From positions 124,001-188,000 of the forward strand of contig NZ_MWQY01000005.1 in NCBI RefSeq assembly GCF_002087085.1: 64,000 nucleotides of DNA, written 5' to 3'. Positions 1-9,988 of this stretch are shown piece after piece. The notes beneath the pieces were generated by a model. That model worked only from the letters and a program-made list of their open reading frames with translations. It did no database searches and was not told where the DNA came from. Positions within the stretch are counted from its first letter, which is position 1. The number at the start of each line of letters is the position of its first letter. Both the position numbers and the translations under genes were made by a program.

Positions 1-681
1 TTCGTCCGTTATATAATGGATAACAGCCGAATACCCGTCATGGGCCACGCCGACGGAATCTGTCATACCTATATTCATGCCTCTGCGGATCCGGGAATCG
101 CGGTACGGGTTGCGGTGGATGGAAAGGCCCAGTACGTTGCTGTCTGCAATGCCACGGAAACCATCCTAATCGACAGATCCGTTGTAAAAATCATTCTGCC
201 TCTGCTTGTTAACGCCCTGGAGGCGGCGGGCGTCAGGATAAAGGCCTGTGCAGTATGCAGAGAGCTTATACCCGGCCTTGAAGAAGCGGTGGAGGAAGAC
301 TGGAGCACCGAGTATCTTGATCTGATCGTATCCGTAAAGGCGGTGGAGGGTCTGGAAGAGGCGGTTGATCATATCAACCGCTACGGTTCCGGGCATACCG
401 ATGCAATTGTGGCCAGCGATACGACGGCATCGGATTTTTTTACCTCCCGGGTGGATTCGGCCAATGTCTTTGTAAACTGCAGCACCAGGTTCTCCGACGG
501 TTTTCGCTACGGTTTCGGCGCCGAGGTGGGAATCAGCACCGGAAAGCTCCATGCCCGGGGCCCGGTGGGACTGGAAGGCCTGTTGACCTACAAGTACAAG
601 CTGACAGGCACGGGCCAGATTGTTGCAGATTACGCTTCGGGTAAAAAGCATTTTACCCATCGAAAGCTGGATATTAACTGA
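1..681 (+). CDS. proA: Gamma-glutamyl phosphate reductase, 5'-truncated by the window edge
   Basis: Frame open from base 1. Motifs GICHTYI, AVCNATET, YGSGHTDAI, NCSTRFSDGFRYGFGAEVGISTGKLHARGPVGL. Confidence 0.95.
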   Translation, partial: FVRYIMDNSRIPVMGHADGICHTYIHASADPGIAVRVAVDGKAQYVAVCNATETILIDRSVVKIILPLLVNALEAAGVRIKACAVCRELIPGLEEAVEEDWSTEYLDLIVSVKAVEGLEEAVDHINRYGSGHTDAIVASDTTASDFFTSRVDSANVFVNCSTRFSDGFRYGFGAEVGISTGKLHARGPVGLEGLLTYKYKLTGTGQIVADYASGKKHFTHRKLDIN

Positions 682-1790
682 TGCGTGATTTTTCTTACTG
701 TAAACGGGTTGTCGTCAAGATAGGGACCAATCTGCTCTCATCCCCTGAGGGAGTACGGGAAGACTTTCTCGAAAGAGTTGCCAGGGATATCTGCGTCCTC
801 CGGGAAAAAGGGCTGCAGGTGGTCGTTGTAACCTCCGGAGCCGTAGGAATGGGGGCCAGGGAACTCGGATTAAGCGGCAAGGTCACCAGGATAAATATGC
901 GCCAGGCCTGTGCAGCCATCGGTCAACCCCTTCTGATGCAGTCATACCGCTCGGTATTCGGCAGGCTCGGGGTCAATATCGCCCAGTTGCTTCTTACTCC
1001 GGAGGTCCTCAATAACAGGAAAAGCTATCTTACCCTGCGGGATTCCCTGGAAACCCTGTTTTCCCTTCGGGTGCTTCCTGTTGTGAATGAGAACGACAGT
1101 GTCTCCACCAGTGAAATAGGCAATGCCTTTGGAGAGAACGATCGCCTGAGTGCTCTTGTGGCCAGTAAGATCGACGCCGATCTTCTGATTCTTATGACCG
1201 ATATCGACGCTTTATACGATGCCGACCCTCGAAGCAACAGCGAGGCAAAGCCGCTGAGTATAGTGGAGGAGCTTACTCCGGAAATTCTGGCAGCCGCCGG
1301 CAGTGCCGGCAGCGCACATTCCACCGGGGGCATGCGCACAAAACTTGATGCTGTCAAGATCGCCCGCCGGGCCGGCTGCAGGGTTGTGCTTGCCCACGGA
1401 AACACCGAAAACATGCTGGAAAGAATCATCGCGGGAGAGGCAATCGGAACGCTGTTTCTCGCCCGGCCCAGAATAAAGAACCGCAAACGCTGGATCCTCT
1501 ACAGCTGGCCGGAAGGTTTCCTGCGGATCGACGAAGGTGCAGCCAGTGCTCTTCGGGAGCACAAGAGCCTGCTGCCCAGGGGACTTACCGCCGTTGAGGG
1601 TAATTTTCCAGCCGGCGCCGTGGTCCAGATAAATGATATTGCCAAAATCATTTCAAATTTCTCGTCCACTGAACTGCAGAAGCTTATTGGGCTTCACTCC
1701 TCCAGGATCACCGAAATCCTCGGTAAAGAAGCGCCGGTGGTAATAGCCCGCCCGGAGGAGACGGTATTCCTGGATGAAAAGGATGACTGA
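681..1790 (+). CDS. proB: Glutamate 5-kinase with C-terminal PUA domain
   Basis: VVVKIGT, VTSGAV, AAIGQ, NENDSV, ENDRLSA, STGGMRTK, SLLPRG. Start overlaps the proA stop (TGATG). Confidence 0.95.
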   Translation: MRDFSYCKRVVVKIGTNLLSSPEGVREDFLERVARDICVLREKGLQVVVVTSGAVGMGARELGLSGKVTRINMRQACAAIGQPLLMQSYRSVFGRLGVNIAQLLLTPEVLNNRKSYLTLRDSLETLFSLRVLPVVNENDSVSTSEIGNAFGENDRLSALVASKIDADLLILMTDIDALYDADPRSNSEAKPLSIVEELTPEILAAAGSAGSAHSTGGMRTKLDAVKIARRAGCRVVLAHGNTENMLERIIAGEAIGTLFLARPRIKNRKRWILYSWPEGFLRIDEGAASALREHKSLLPRGLTAVEGNFPAGAVVQINDIAKIISNFSSTELQKLIGLHSSRITEILGKEAPVVIARPEETVFLDEKDD

Positions 1791-1816
1791 AGGAGACCCG
1801 CAGGTGCCTTGAGGAA

Positions 1817-1965
1817 GGTCGCCTTTAATAACTACTCTTTTTTCCATATCCTGAGTCGTCAGGATTTTCCGCGATCCTCAACTCTTGTTACGACAAGCGT
1901 ATGCGGGCACTATAAAAATTTTCCTTCCTGACTATGGAAAAAATACCACGCTTTTAGAGGTGCCC
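1817..1965 (-). repeat. 149-bp self-complementary intergenic element, copy A (MITE-like or structured RNA)
   Basis: The reverse complement aligns without gaps to 58988-59136 (109/149 identical by hand count). Imperfect terminal inverted repeats GGGCACCTCTAAAAGC...GTTATTAAAGGCGACC. Lies between convergent genes. Confidence 0.85.
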
Positions 1966-1970
1966 GGATG

Positions 1971-3062
1971 TTATCCGAGGGAGAGAAGGGCGAGGCTTTC
2001 GAGGTGATAGGTCTGGGGGAACATGTCAAAGGCTTCCAGAAGTTCAATCCTGTAACCCGCTCTTTCAAAGGCCTTCAGGTCGCGCATGAGGCTTGCGGGA
2101 TTGCATGATACGTAGGCTACCAGCGGTATATGAAGTTCCGCCAGCAGGGGAGCCTCTTTTTTCACTCCCTTGCGGGGCGGGTCGAGGATCAGAACATCGG
2201 TTGCAGCAGCCTCCCTTCTGAGAGCTCCGTAGACAGACGCGACCTTCCCCCTGGAGTAGTGCAGACGTCTGTTATTTCCTGCCGCTTCCCGGGCGGCTGC
2301 GACAGCTTCGGCGGATACGTCCCAGCCGCTGATCGATTCGGCTGCGTCTGACAGAGGCAGGGAGAGGTTACCGTCTCCGCAGAACAGATCAAAAACCCTC
2401 GGTTCCGGGTAATACTTGAGAATATGTCCTCGCAGCCGCTTTTTCAGCAGCCTGTTTCCCCCGGTGTTGGTCTGCCTGAAGGCTTCGTCCGTTCCGGCGG
2501 TGAGAATGCGGACCCCGCCGTCTTCGTTTCTCAGTTCAAAACGTTCCGGCAGCTTCCCGATCTCCTGTTGTCCCAGGGGAGGGTCCCTCAGCCAGTCCCT
2601 TAAGGGCGCTTCGGCAATAAGACAGTCTTTCACCTGAATCAGATCCCTGCTTCCTGCGGCGTAATACCCGATCTTTTGATCCCTGCGGTGCAGGCTTATG
2701 CGGCAGCGATACTCCAGTTCAGAGGGGGAAGGAAAGACAGATATTTCCCGGGGAGAATTCGAAAGATCTTTTTCTGCCATGGATGCAAGAATCTCTTTTT
2801 TGGCAGTGACCTGGGCCGGATATGTAATATGCTGCCACTGGCATCCGCCGCAGCTGCCGAACCAGGGGCAGGGAGCTTCGCTGCGAAAGGGCGATGCTTC
2901 CAGAATGCTGGTTATTTTTCCTCTGCGGTAGGAGGGTTTAAGCTCGATCTCTTCGATTTCCACGAGATCCTGCGGTGCGCTGAAGGGTATGAACCAGACC
3001 AGCCCGTCTTCCCGTGCCAGACCGTCCCCGCCGTAGACCAGTTTTTCTATGCGTAGAGGCAT
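1971..3062 (-). CDS. RNA (uracil-5-)-methyltransferase, RlmD/TrmA family with TRAM domain
   Basis: N-terminal IEKLVYGGDGLAR (TRAM), CPWFGSCGGCQWQH Fe-S motif, DLFCGDG, LDPPR, YVSCNP, DMFPQTYHLE. Confidence 0.9.
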   Translation of the reverse strand: MPLRIEKLVYGGDGLAREDGLVWFIPFSAPQDLVEIEEIELKPSYRRGKITSILEASPFRSEAPCPWFGSCGGCQWQHITYPAQVTAKKEILASMAEKDLSNSPREISVFPSPSELEYRCRISLHRRDQKIGYYAAGSRDLIQVKDCLIAEAPLRDWLRDPPLGQQEIGKLPERFELRNEDGGVRILTAGTDEAFRQTNTGGNRLLKKRLRGHILKYYPEPRVFDLFCGDGNLSLPLSDAAESISGWDVSAEAVAAAREAAGNNRRLHYSRGKVASVYGALRREAAATDVLILDPPRKGVKKEAPLLAELHIPLVAYVSCNPASLMRDLKAFERAGYRIELLEAFDMFPQTYHLESLALLSLG

Positions 3063-3069
3063 TCCTGAA

Positions 3070-3525
3070 TCATGCCTCGTCTTCGTCGGATGGAAAGAGG
3101 AACTGATATTCCTCCTGGGAAATAACTTCCCTGGGAGTGGACTGCATATCCGAGGAGAGCAGGGATTTCTGCAGTTCCTCCACGTCTCTCCGGTGGGAAT
3201 CCGTCATTTCGCTGAATTTCTCCAGGAAGGGAGTAAATGCTTCTCCCATGCCCGAGGAGTTGGATATGATAATGGACAGGAAGTCCGTAAAGCGCTGTTT
3301 TACCGTAATGATTCCACGGGTGACGCTTTCTGCCTGAACTATGCGGTAGCTTTCACCCAGGGCTGAATACAGGCGTCCTATGGTGGTGTCGATGAAAAAT
3401 ATGTCTTCGATAATCTTGTCGAAAAAAAAGAGCCGGTCCAGGTTCAGGGCGACGCCGCCGTCGAGGGTGTTCAGAAGTTCATTCAGGAAATATAAATCCT
3501 CTTCAAAGTGAATTGTCTGTCCCAT
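3070..3525 (-). CDS. Hypothetical protein (acidic, helical)
   Basis: 151-aa ORF with AGGAGGAG SD before the ATG, 7 bp upstream of the methyltransferase gene. No recognised domain. Confidence 0.8.
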   Translation of the reverse strand: MGQTIHFEEDLYFLNELLNTLDGGVALNLDRLFFFDKIIEDIFFIDTTIGRLYSALGESYRIVQAESVTRGIITVKQRFTDFLSIIISNSSGMGEAFTPFLEKFSEMTDSHRRDVEELQKSLLSSDMQSTPREVISQEEYQFLFPSDEDEA

Positions 3526-3573
3526 GGCTCCTCCTGCCTGTCAGTACAAATATCGTCTGAGTAAGGAGTTGAC

Positions 3574-3602
3574 TTGACAGTTATATTGTCTTGTGGTAGT
3601 CT
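3574..3602 (+). promoter_or_regulatory. Sigma-70 promoter of the rpsF operon
   Basis: TTGACA-17 bp-TAGTCT with extended -10 TG. Confidence 0.75.
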
Positions 3603-3608
3603 GCCCCG

Positions 3609-3665
3609 ACCTCTTTATCCGGAGATAATATTACTCCGGATCGAATTATTAGTCCATGAGGAGGG
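3609..3665 (+). promoter_or_regulatory. Probable S6:S18 ribosomal protein autoregulatory leader RNA
   Basis: CCTCTTT (3610-3616) can pair with SD GAGGAGG (3658-3664). Inner hairpin ATCCGGAG/CTCCGGAT. A CCR motif (CCA, 3654-3656) sits just 5' of the SD, as in known S6:S18 leaders. Confidence 0.65.
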
Positions 3666-3670
3666 ACAAT

Positions 3671-3952
3671 TTGAGAGAGTACGAATTTACGGTCATTTTC
3701 CGTCCGGAAGATGACGCCTACAAGAACGGCTATGAAAACCTGAAAAAGCTTATGGAAAAATACGGGTTTACCTCGTCCAGGGATGAGGACATGGGCGTTC
3801 GTGATCTTGCCTATCCCATTAAAAAAACCGAACGCGGCCACTACCGCTACATGGAGATTTCTGCATCCCCCGAAAAGGTCGCGGATATCGACAAGGAGCT
3901 TAAACTCGTCCAGGACGTCCTGAAGTTCCTCTTTGTCAGAAAAGAATCCTAA
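3671..3952 (+). CDS. rpsF: 30S ribosomal protein S6
   Basis: REYEFTVIFRP, MGVRDLAYPIKK, GHY. TTG start after GAGGAGG. Confidence 0.95.
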   Translation: MREYEFTVIFRPEDDAYKNGYENLKKLMEKYGFTSSRDEDMGVRDLAYPIKKTERGHYRYMEISASPEKVADIDKELKLVQDVLKFLFVRKES

Positions 3953-3970
3953 AATACGGGGAGGACTTCC

Positions 3971-4402
3971 ATGGCGAATTTGAATCATGTAACTTTGATA
4001 GGTCGGCTGACCCGGGATTCAGAATTGAAGTACACCAATTCCGGTATGGCTGTTGCCCGTCTGTCCATAGCTGTAAACCGCAGAAAGAGGTCCGGTGATC
4101 AGTGGACGGAGGAGGCAAATTTCTTCGATATTACGGTTTTTGGCAAAACCGCGGAGAGCTTGTCTCAATACCTGGTAAAAGGCAAAGAGATTGCCGTGGA
4201 AGGAGAGCTGCGGCAGAGCCGATGGGAACAGGATGGTCAGCCGAGAAGCAAGGTTGAGGTTGTTGCAAACAATGTTCAGCTCCTCGGCGGTCCCAGGGGA
4301 GGAGAATCCCGGGGATCTTCCCAGTCCTATGGAAATGACCAGGTAGAACGATATACCCCCGGTGGCGGGGACGACGGTTTTGAAGACGATATTCCATTTT
4401 AG
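3971..4402 (+). CDS. ssb: Single-stranded DNA-binding protein
   Basis: [24 protein letters not shown]-terminal DDIPF. Confidence 0.97.
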   Translation: MANLNHVTLIGRLTRDSELKYTNSGMAVARLSIAVNRRKRSGDQWTEEANFFDITVFGKTAESLSQYLVKGKEIAVEGELRQSRWEQDGQPRSKVEVVANNVQLLGGPRGGESRGSSQSYGNDQVERYTPGGGDDGFEDDIPF

Positions 4403-4446
4403 TCGAAAAACCGGTAAAAAAGCAGAAGATCAAGGAGAATCAAGAT

Positions 4447-4779
4447 ATGAGTTCTGAAGATACTCAGGATAGAGAACGAGAAGACGACGGCCGGCAGAAT
4501 GACGGCCGCGACGACGGCCGGGATGATGGTCGTGACGGAGGCCGCGGTTTTCGCCGGGGCGGTGGAAAGCCTTTTTTCAGGCGGAAGGTCTGCAAATTCT
4601 GTACCCAGAATACGCTGCCGGATTACAAGAATCCCGATGCCCTGCGAAGATTCGTAACGGAGCGGGGGAAAATTCTTCCCCGGAGAATTACCGGCACCTG
4701 TGCAAAACATCAGCGCGCTCTTTCCCTGGAGATTAAAAAGGCCCGCGTGCTTGCCTATCTTCCCTTTGTGAAGAAATAG
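4447..4779 (+). CDS. rpsR: 30S ribosomal protein S18 (Zn-binding form, N-terminal DDGR-repeat extension)
   Basis: [35 protein letters not shown]. Confidence 0.97.
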   Translation: MSSEDTQDREREDDGRQNDGRDDGRDDGRDGGRGFRRGGGKPFFRRKVCKFCTQNTLPDYKNPDALRRFVTERGKILPRRITGTCAKHQRALSLEIKKARVLAYLPFVKK

Positions 4780-4810
4780 GCCCTGGAAAGTCGAGAGGAG
4801 AAATAGCAGT

Positions 4811-5422
4811 ATGAAGATTATTCTCAAAGAAGATGTGTATAACCTCGGAGAGGAAGGCGATATTCGCGTGGTAAAACCCGGATATGCCAGGAACTATCTT
4901 ATCCCCCAGGGGCTGGCAGTTCCTTTTAACAAGGGAAACGCCGCAATGTTCGAGCAGCGCCGGGAGGCGATTGAAAAGCGGAAAGAAGAGAAACGCAACG
5001 CCGCCATGGGACTCAAGGAGAGGATTGAAACCCTCGAGCTTACCATCCCCATGCCCGCCGGCGATACGGGTAAACTCTTTGGCTCAGTTACAAATGCTAC
5101 AGTTTCCGATGCTCTGGCAAAGGAAGGCATCCATGTTGAGCGCAAAAAGATCGACCTTGTTGAACACACCATAAAAATGATTGGCAAACACAAGGCCCGG
5201 ATAAAGCTCTATGAGAGCAACGTCGCTGAGCTCCAGTTTCTGGTTGTGGACGAGAAAACCGGTGCGGTGGAACCCAAGGGAACCGTAAAAGCTGAAAAGG
5301 AGGCCCCTGTACAACAGGATGCCCCCGAGGAAGAGACCTCCTCCGAAGAGGAAGCTCTGGACGAGGCTGCGGCTGAAGAAAGTGAAGACAGCGTAAAGGA
5401 AGAAGTCGGCGAGGAAGAGTAG
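4811..5422 (+). CDS. rplI: 50S ribosomal protein L9 with acidic C-terminal tail
   Basis: MKIILKEDV, VKPGYARNYLIP, GKLFGSVT. Confidence 0.97.
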   Translation: MKIILKEDVYNLGEEGDIRVVKPGYARNYLIPQGLAVPFNKGNAAMFEQRREAIEKRKEEKRNAAMGLKERIETLELTIPMPAGDTGKLFGSVTNATVSDALAKEGIHVERKKIDLVEHTIKMIGKHKARIKLYESNVAELQFLVVDEKTGAVEPKGTVKAEKEAPVQQDAPEEETSSEEEALDEAAAEESEDSVKEEVGEEE

Positions 5423-5429
5423 GCAAGCG

Positions 5430-6767
5430 ATGCCTGAACGCCTTAAAGATTCAGTTCCGCCCCATAATGTGGATGCCGAAAAGGCCGTCCTCGGGGCGGT
5501 ATTTTTAAATCCAGATACCTTCGGTACCGTTCTGGAACAGCTCCGGGGAAAGGACTTTTTTAAAACAGGTCACCGCAAGATTTTTGAAGCCATGGTTTCT
5601 CTTTTTAACAAGGGAGAAACCATGGATCTCATTACCGTAACGGACGAACTCCGCAACCAGGGCGACCTGGAATCCGCAGGGGGGCTTGGCTATGTGTCAG
5701 GCCTCACCGATGCTACTCCCACCAGCGCCAACGTGAGTTATTATACAGGTATAGTCCGGTCCTTAAGTCTCCGGCGTAATCTGCTCAACGTTGCTCACGA
5801 AATGATCTCCGACGCTCAGAATGACACGATCCAGACCCGCCAGATTATTGAAGAGGCGGAGCGACGGATTTTCGATATCGCCGAAGAGAACCCCACGGGT
5901 CACTATAAAACCGCAGGGGAGGTAATTGCCAGAACAATAGAGGCAATAGAAAAGCTGTATCATACCAAGGACAGCTTTACCGGGATTCCCTCGGGCTTTG
6001 CCGATCTGGACAAAATGACCTCCGGTTTTCAGAAGTCGGAGTTCATTGTAATAGGTGCCCGTCCCTCGGTGGGTAAAACAGCCTTTGCCCTGACCATGGC
6101 TTCGAATATGGCTATCCGATATAAGCGTCCCATCGGGTTCTTTACCCTGGAAATGTCCGACATGGCCCTTATGCAGCGTCTTGTGGCTGCGGAAGCCCGC
6201 ATAGCCTCGGACATTTTGCGGACCGGAATGCTGAAGCCCTCGGACTTTCATAAGCTGACCGAGGCTGCAGGCCGGATCTATGAGGCTCCCCTGTTTATTG
6301 ATGATTCCCCCAATATCAAGCTCCTGGACCTCCGGGCCCAGGCCAGACGTATGCGTCAGCAGGAGAAGGTGGAGGCAATCTTTGTGGACTATATAGGTCT
6401 GGTGGAACCGGAAAACAAATACAACGTTCCTCGCCACGAGCAGGTTGCGGAAACCTCCCGTTCCCTGAAATCCCTGGCCCGGGAACTGGATATTCCGATT
6501 ATCTGCCTCTCCCAGGTCGGACGGCAGTCGGAGGGAAAAGCCCCGAGCCTCGCGGACCTCCGGGAATCGGGGTCTATTGAACAGGATGCCGACGTGGTAA
6601 TGTTCCTTCATCGCGACCGGGGCGAGAAGGAGGGGACCCAGGATGTAAACAACGTGGAAACCGAACTAATTGTCGCCAAGCAGAGAAACGGTCCCGTGGG
6701 GACCATCAAGGTGGCCTTTATTCCCAAGTATACGAAGTTTGAGGCCTTCAGCTACGAAAAGGTTTAG
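5430..6767 (+). CDS. dnaB: Replicative DNA helicase
   Basis: PPHNVDAEKAVLG, GARPSVGKT, LEMS, DYIGL, LSQVGR, DLRESGSIEQDAD, KQRNGP. Confidence 0.97.
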   Translation: MPERLKDSVPPHNVDAEKAVLGAVFLNPDTFGTVLEQLRGKDFFKTGHRKIFEAMVSLFNKGETMDLITVTDELRNQGDLESAGGLGYVSGLTDATPTSANVSYYTGIVRSLSLRRNLLNVAHEMISDAQNDTIQTRQIIEEAERRIFDIAEENPTGHYKTAGEVIARTIEAIEKLYHTKDSFTGIPSGFADLDKMTSGFQKSEFIVIGARPSVGKTAFALTMASNMAIRYKRPIGFFTLEMSDMALMQRLVAAEARIASDILRTGMLKPSDFHKLTEAAGRIYEAPLFIDDSPNIKLLDLRAQARRMRQQEKVEAIFVDYIGLVEPENKYNVPRHEQVAETSRSLKSLARELDIPIICLSQVGRQSEGKAPSLADLRESGSIEQDADVVMFLHRDRGEKEGTQDVNNVETELIVAKQRNGPVGTIKVAFIPKYTKFEAFSYEKV

Positions 6768-6827
6768 CGCGCCGGTTTTTCTGAAAATCCGGATGCATAG
6801 CTGCTCCGGAATTACAATTGACGGAGC

Positions 6828-6856
6828 TTGACTGCAATCTGGCGCGGTTATAGTAT
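6828..6856 (+). promoter_or_regulatory. Sigma-70 promoter upstream of recA
   Basis: TTGACT-17 bp-TAGTAT in the dnaB-recA spacer. Confidence 0.65.
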
Positions 6857-6921
6857 CTACGTAAAATCAAAAGAGACTTTCCCCGGTTCATCTTTTGTAA
6901 GTGCATATCAGGAGGACAGCA

Positions 6922-8058
6922 ATGGCAAAAAAGAGCATGCCCGAGACCAGACCCGCTCCGACGAATAATGAAGAAAAGCAGAAGGCCCTGGAAGCCGCCC
7001 GGCTGCAGATAGAAAAGCAGTTTGGAAAAGGCTCCCTCATGCAGCTGGGGAAGGAACGTCAGGACCTGCATATAGAATCGATACCCTCCGGATCCATCCT
7101 GCTGGACGCGGCCCTGGGGGTCGGCGGGTATCCCAAGGGCAGGGTTATAGAGATATACGGTCCCGAATCTTCGGGAAAAACCACCCTGGCGCTGCATGCA
7201 ATCGCGGAGGCTCAGAAAAGGGGTGGAATAGCGGCATTCATCGACGCCGAACATGCCCTGGATCCGGGGTACGCCCGGAATCTCGGGGTAAACATCGACG
7301 AGCTGTGGGTATCCCAGCCCGATACGGGAGAACAGGCTCTGGAGATTGCAGAGTCTCTGGTTCGTTCCGGAGCGGTAGATATTATCGTAGTCGACTCTGT
7401 AGCTGCTCTTACTCCCCAGGCGGAAATAGAGGGAGATATGGGAGATTCCCACATGGGTCTGCAGGCCCGGCTTATGAGCCAGGCCCTTCGCAAGCTTACC
7501 GCCACCATCGCCAAATCTCATTCCTGCCTGATATTTATCAACCAGATCCGCATGAAGATCGGAGTAATGTTCGGCAACCCTGAAACTACAACAGGAGGAA
7601 AGGCTCTCAAGTTCTATTCCTCCGTACGGGTGGAGGTTCGAAAGATCGAAACCATCGCCAAGGGAACTGATGACGCCATCGGAAACAGGGTTCGCGTAAA
7701 GGTGGTGAAAAACAAGGTGGCTCCGCCATTCAGAAAAGTGGAGCTGGAGATAATGTTCGGAAAGGGGATATCCTCCTCCGGAAGCCTGCTGGATGCTGCG
7801 CTGAAATTTGAGCTGATCGAAAAGAGCGGCAGCTGGTACTCCTTCGGCGAGGAACGGATCGGCCAGGGCAGGGAGAATGCCAAACTCTTTCTTGAAAGCA
7901 ATCCCGACATTGCCGAGGAAATTGAGAAAAAACTCCGAATACTCCTCTTTCCCGCCGCTGCGGTTGAAAAAGAGGATAAAGCAAAGAAGACCGGGGAAAC
8001 AAAGAAAGCCGATTCTACTGCCGGGACAGTGGAAGATCCGAAGTCGGAACTCTTTTGA
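6922..8058 (+). CDS. recA: Recombinase A
   Basis: [56 protein letters not shown] at 6922 follows AGGAGG. Confidence 0.98.
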   Translation: MAKKSMPETRPAPTNNEEKQKALEAARLQIEKQFGKGSLMQLGKERQDLHIESIPSGSILLDAALGVGGYPKGRVIEIYGPESSGKTTLALHAIAEAQKRGGIAAFIDAEHALDPGYARNLGVNIDELWVSQPDTGEQALEIAESLVRSGAVDIIVVDSVAALTPQAEIEGDMGDSHMGLQARLMSQALRKLTATIAKSHSCLIFINQIRMKIGVMFGNPETTTGGKALKFYSSVRVEVRKIETIAKGTDDAIGNRVRVKVVKNKVAPPFRKVELEIMFGKGISSSGSLLDAALKFELIEKSGSWYSFGEERIGQGRENAKLFLESNPDIAEEIEKKLRILLFPAAAVEKEDKAKKTGETKKADSTAGTVEDPKSELF

Positions 8059-8645
8059 CGGAACAAAAGGGATCTTTCGAGGGACATCGGGTCTATCTCG
8101 GCCTTGGTTCGAATACCGGTGATTCCGAAGGCATCCTTCAGGGGGCTGTCCGGGAACTAAGAGCACACTTCAGGGACCCCCGGGTTTCCCCGTTTTTCCG
8201 GACCCGCCCCCGGGACGATTTGCACCAGCCCGATTTTATTAACGCAGTTTTCTCCGGGCTGACGGATATACATCCGTATGAGATTCTGCAGATCACACAG
8301 GACCTGGAAAACAGGCATGGACGCCTGAGAGATCCCGATCGACCCAAGGGGCCGAGAACGCTTGATATTGATATCCTTCTCTATGGAAACCTGCAGATTC
8401 ATGGACCTGATCTTGAAATTCCGCACCCCCGCATGAAGGAACGCAAGTTTGTCCTTGTTCCCCTGCTGGAGCTCGATCCGCTGTTGCGGGAGCCGGAAAC
8501 CGGCATCTATTACGGGGAGTATGCTGCCGGACTCGAAGATCAGGGTATTTACTACATCTCCCTGAACCACTATAGTACTACCTTGTCGTGGGAGGATCGC
8601 GCGGAAGGGTATGGAAGCAAGTACGGTAACCAACGAAAGCAGTAA
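8055..8645 (+). CDS. folK: 6-hydroxymethyl-7,8-dihydropterin pyrophosphokinase
   Basis: [45 protein letters not shown]. Confidence 0.93.
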   Translation: MTEQKGSFEGHRVYLGLGSNTGDSEGILQGAVRELRAHFRDPRVSPFFRTRPRDDLHQPDFINAVFSGLTDIHPYEILQITQDLENRHGRLRDPDRPKGPRTLDIDILLYGNLQIHGPDLEIPHPRMKERKFVLVPLLELDPLLREPETGIYYGEYAAGLEDQGIYYISLNHYSTTLSWEDRAEGYGSKYGNQRKQ

Positions 8646-9462
8646 CGATAATTACCGTTTCAAGCTGAATCAGTTTGAGGGGCCTCTGGACCTTCTGCTT
8701 TTTCTGATAAAAAAATCAGAGATTAATATATACGATATCCCCATTGCGCAGATTACCGAGCAGTACCTGGAGTATCTGAATATCGTCGAAGCGGTCAATC
8801 TGGACAACATTACCGAGTTCTATGTAATGGCGGCAACCCTGCTCTATATTAAATCCCGTATGCTGCTTCCGGTGGAAGTTGATTTCGATGATGAGCTTGA
8901 GGACCCCCGTCAGGAGCTTGTGGATCGTCTTATCGAGTACCAGAAGTACAAGAAGATTTCCGAACTGATGATGGACAAGGAAAATGAGAGCGAATGGGCC
9001 ATCGAAAGGAAAAAAAAGCAGAGGGTGCTGCCCTTCGACGATAAGGATGATTTGTGGGATAAAATAGATGTCTGGGAGCTGTTAAAGACCTTTTCGTCCC
9101 TTATTTCCAATATCTCTTCGGAACGGATCCTCAATCTCTACGAAGAGGTTTCCATAAACGAAAAGATCAGCCTGGTGAACGAGCTTCTTGAAGAACGGGA
9201 ATACTGTCTGTTTACCGATCTGGTGATTAAAGAAAACTCCATCATGGAGATAATCTGCGCCTTTCTCGCGATTCTTGAGCTGGTAAAACTCAAGCGTATA
9301 TCAATTTATCAGAACCGGATGTTCGGTGATATCCGCATATACAGCCATCCCGACGCGGGAAAAGAAGATGAATATCCGGAGCCTGAGCCGGAATTCCCGG
9401 ATATGTCAGATGCACCGGAAAACATTGAAGAGGAGCAGGGAGGAGATGACCCTGGAACGTGA
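8611..9462 (+). CDS. scpA: Segregation/condensation protein A (kleisin)
   Basis: FEGPLDLLLFLI, ITEQYL, AATLLYIKSRMLLP, FLAILELVK. Confidence 0.95.
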   Translation: MEASTVTNESSNDNYRFKLNQFEGPLDLLLFLIKKSEINIYDIPIAQITEQYLEYLNIVEAVNLDNITEFYVMAATLLYIKSRMLLPVEVDFDDELEDPRQELVDRLIEYQKYKKISELMMDKENESEWAIERKKKQRVLPFDDKDDLWDKIDVWELLKTFSSLISNISSERILNLYEEVSINEKISLVNELLEEREYCLFTDLVIKENSIMEIICAFLAILELVKLKRISIYQNRMFGDIRIYSHPDAGKEDEYPEPEPEFPDMSDAPENIEEEQGGDDPGT

Positions 9463-9988
9463 AGCTGCAATAATCGAAGCCATATTGTTTCTGGAATCCG
9501 AGCCCATAGACGTAAAGACCATCGCAAAGATCAGCCGCCTGGATAAGGATATAGTGGAAGGAGGGCTGAAATTCCTGGAGGAACACTATGCCGAACAGGG
9601 GCATGGTCTTGATCTTCGGGAAATCGGTGGAGGTTTTCTCCTGAGCCCCAAGGAAGAGCTCTGGGATGATCTCAAGGAGCGCTATGGAAAGAAAAACGAT
9701 GCGAAACTCTCCCGGGCAGCCATGGAAACCCTGTCTATTATCGCCTATTCCCAGCCCATAACCAGGGGAGAAATCGAGGGCATTCGGGGCGTAAGCGCCG
9801 ATGGTATGATCAAACTGCTGTTAGGCAGAAACCTCATAAAAGAGGTCGGTAAAAAAGAGGCCCCCGGAAGGCCGGTACAGTACGGTACGACAAAGGAGTT
9901 TCTGAAGGTCTTCCGGCTGCGCAGTATCGCTGATCTTCCGAAGCTTGACGAATTGAATCAGGACAGGTTTGAACTTGATGGCAGATAA
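9446..9988 (+). CDS. scpB: Segregation/condensation protein B
   Basis: IEAILF, LSRAAMETLSIIAYSQPITRGEIEGIRGV, GRPVQYGTT. Start reassigned to ATG 9446 after GGAGG. Confidence 0.95.
   Translation: MTLEREAAIIEAILFLESEPIDVKTIAKISRLDKDIVEGGLKFLEEHYAEQGHGLDLREIGGGFLLSPKEELWDDLKERYGKKNDAKLSRAAMETLSIIAYSQPITRGEIEGIRGVSADGMIKLLLGRNLIKEVGKKEAPGRPVQYGTTKEFLKVFRLRSIADLPKLDELNQDRFELDGR

Noticed and set aside
1..1790. proA preceding proB
   Set aside because: Order variation is common and both genes look intact.
6768..6921. LexA/SOS box upstream of recA
   Set aside because: Only short imperfect palindromes (TCCGGA pairs); no recognisable LexA consensus.
6748..8166. 472-aa minus-strand ORF opposite recA
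   Set aside because: Antisense shadow of a conserved, codon-biased gene; no recognisable domain.
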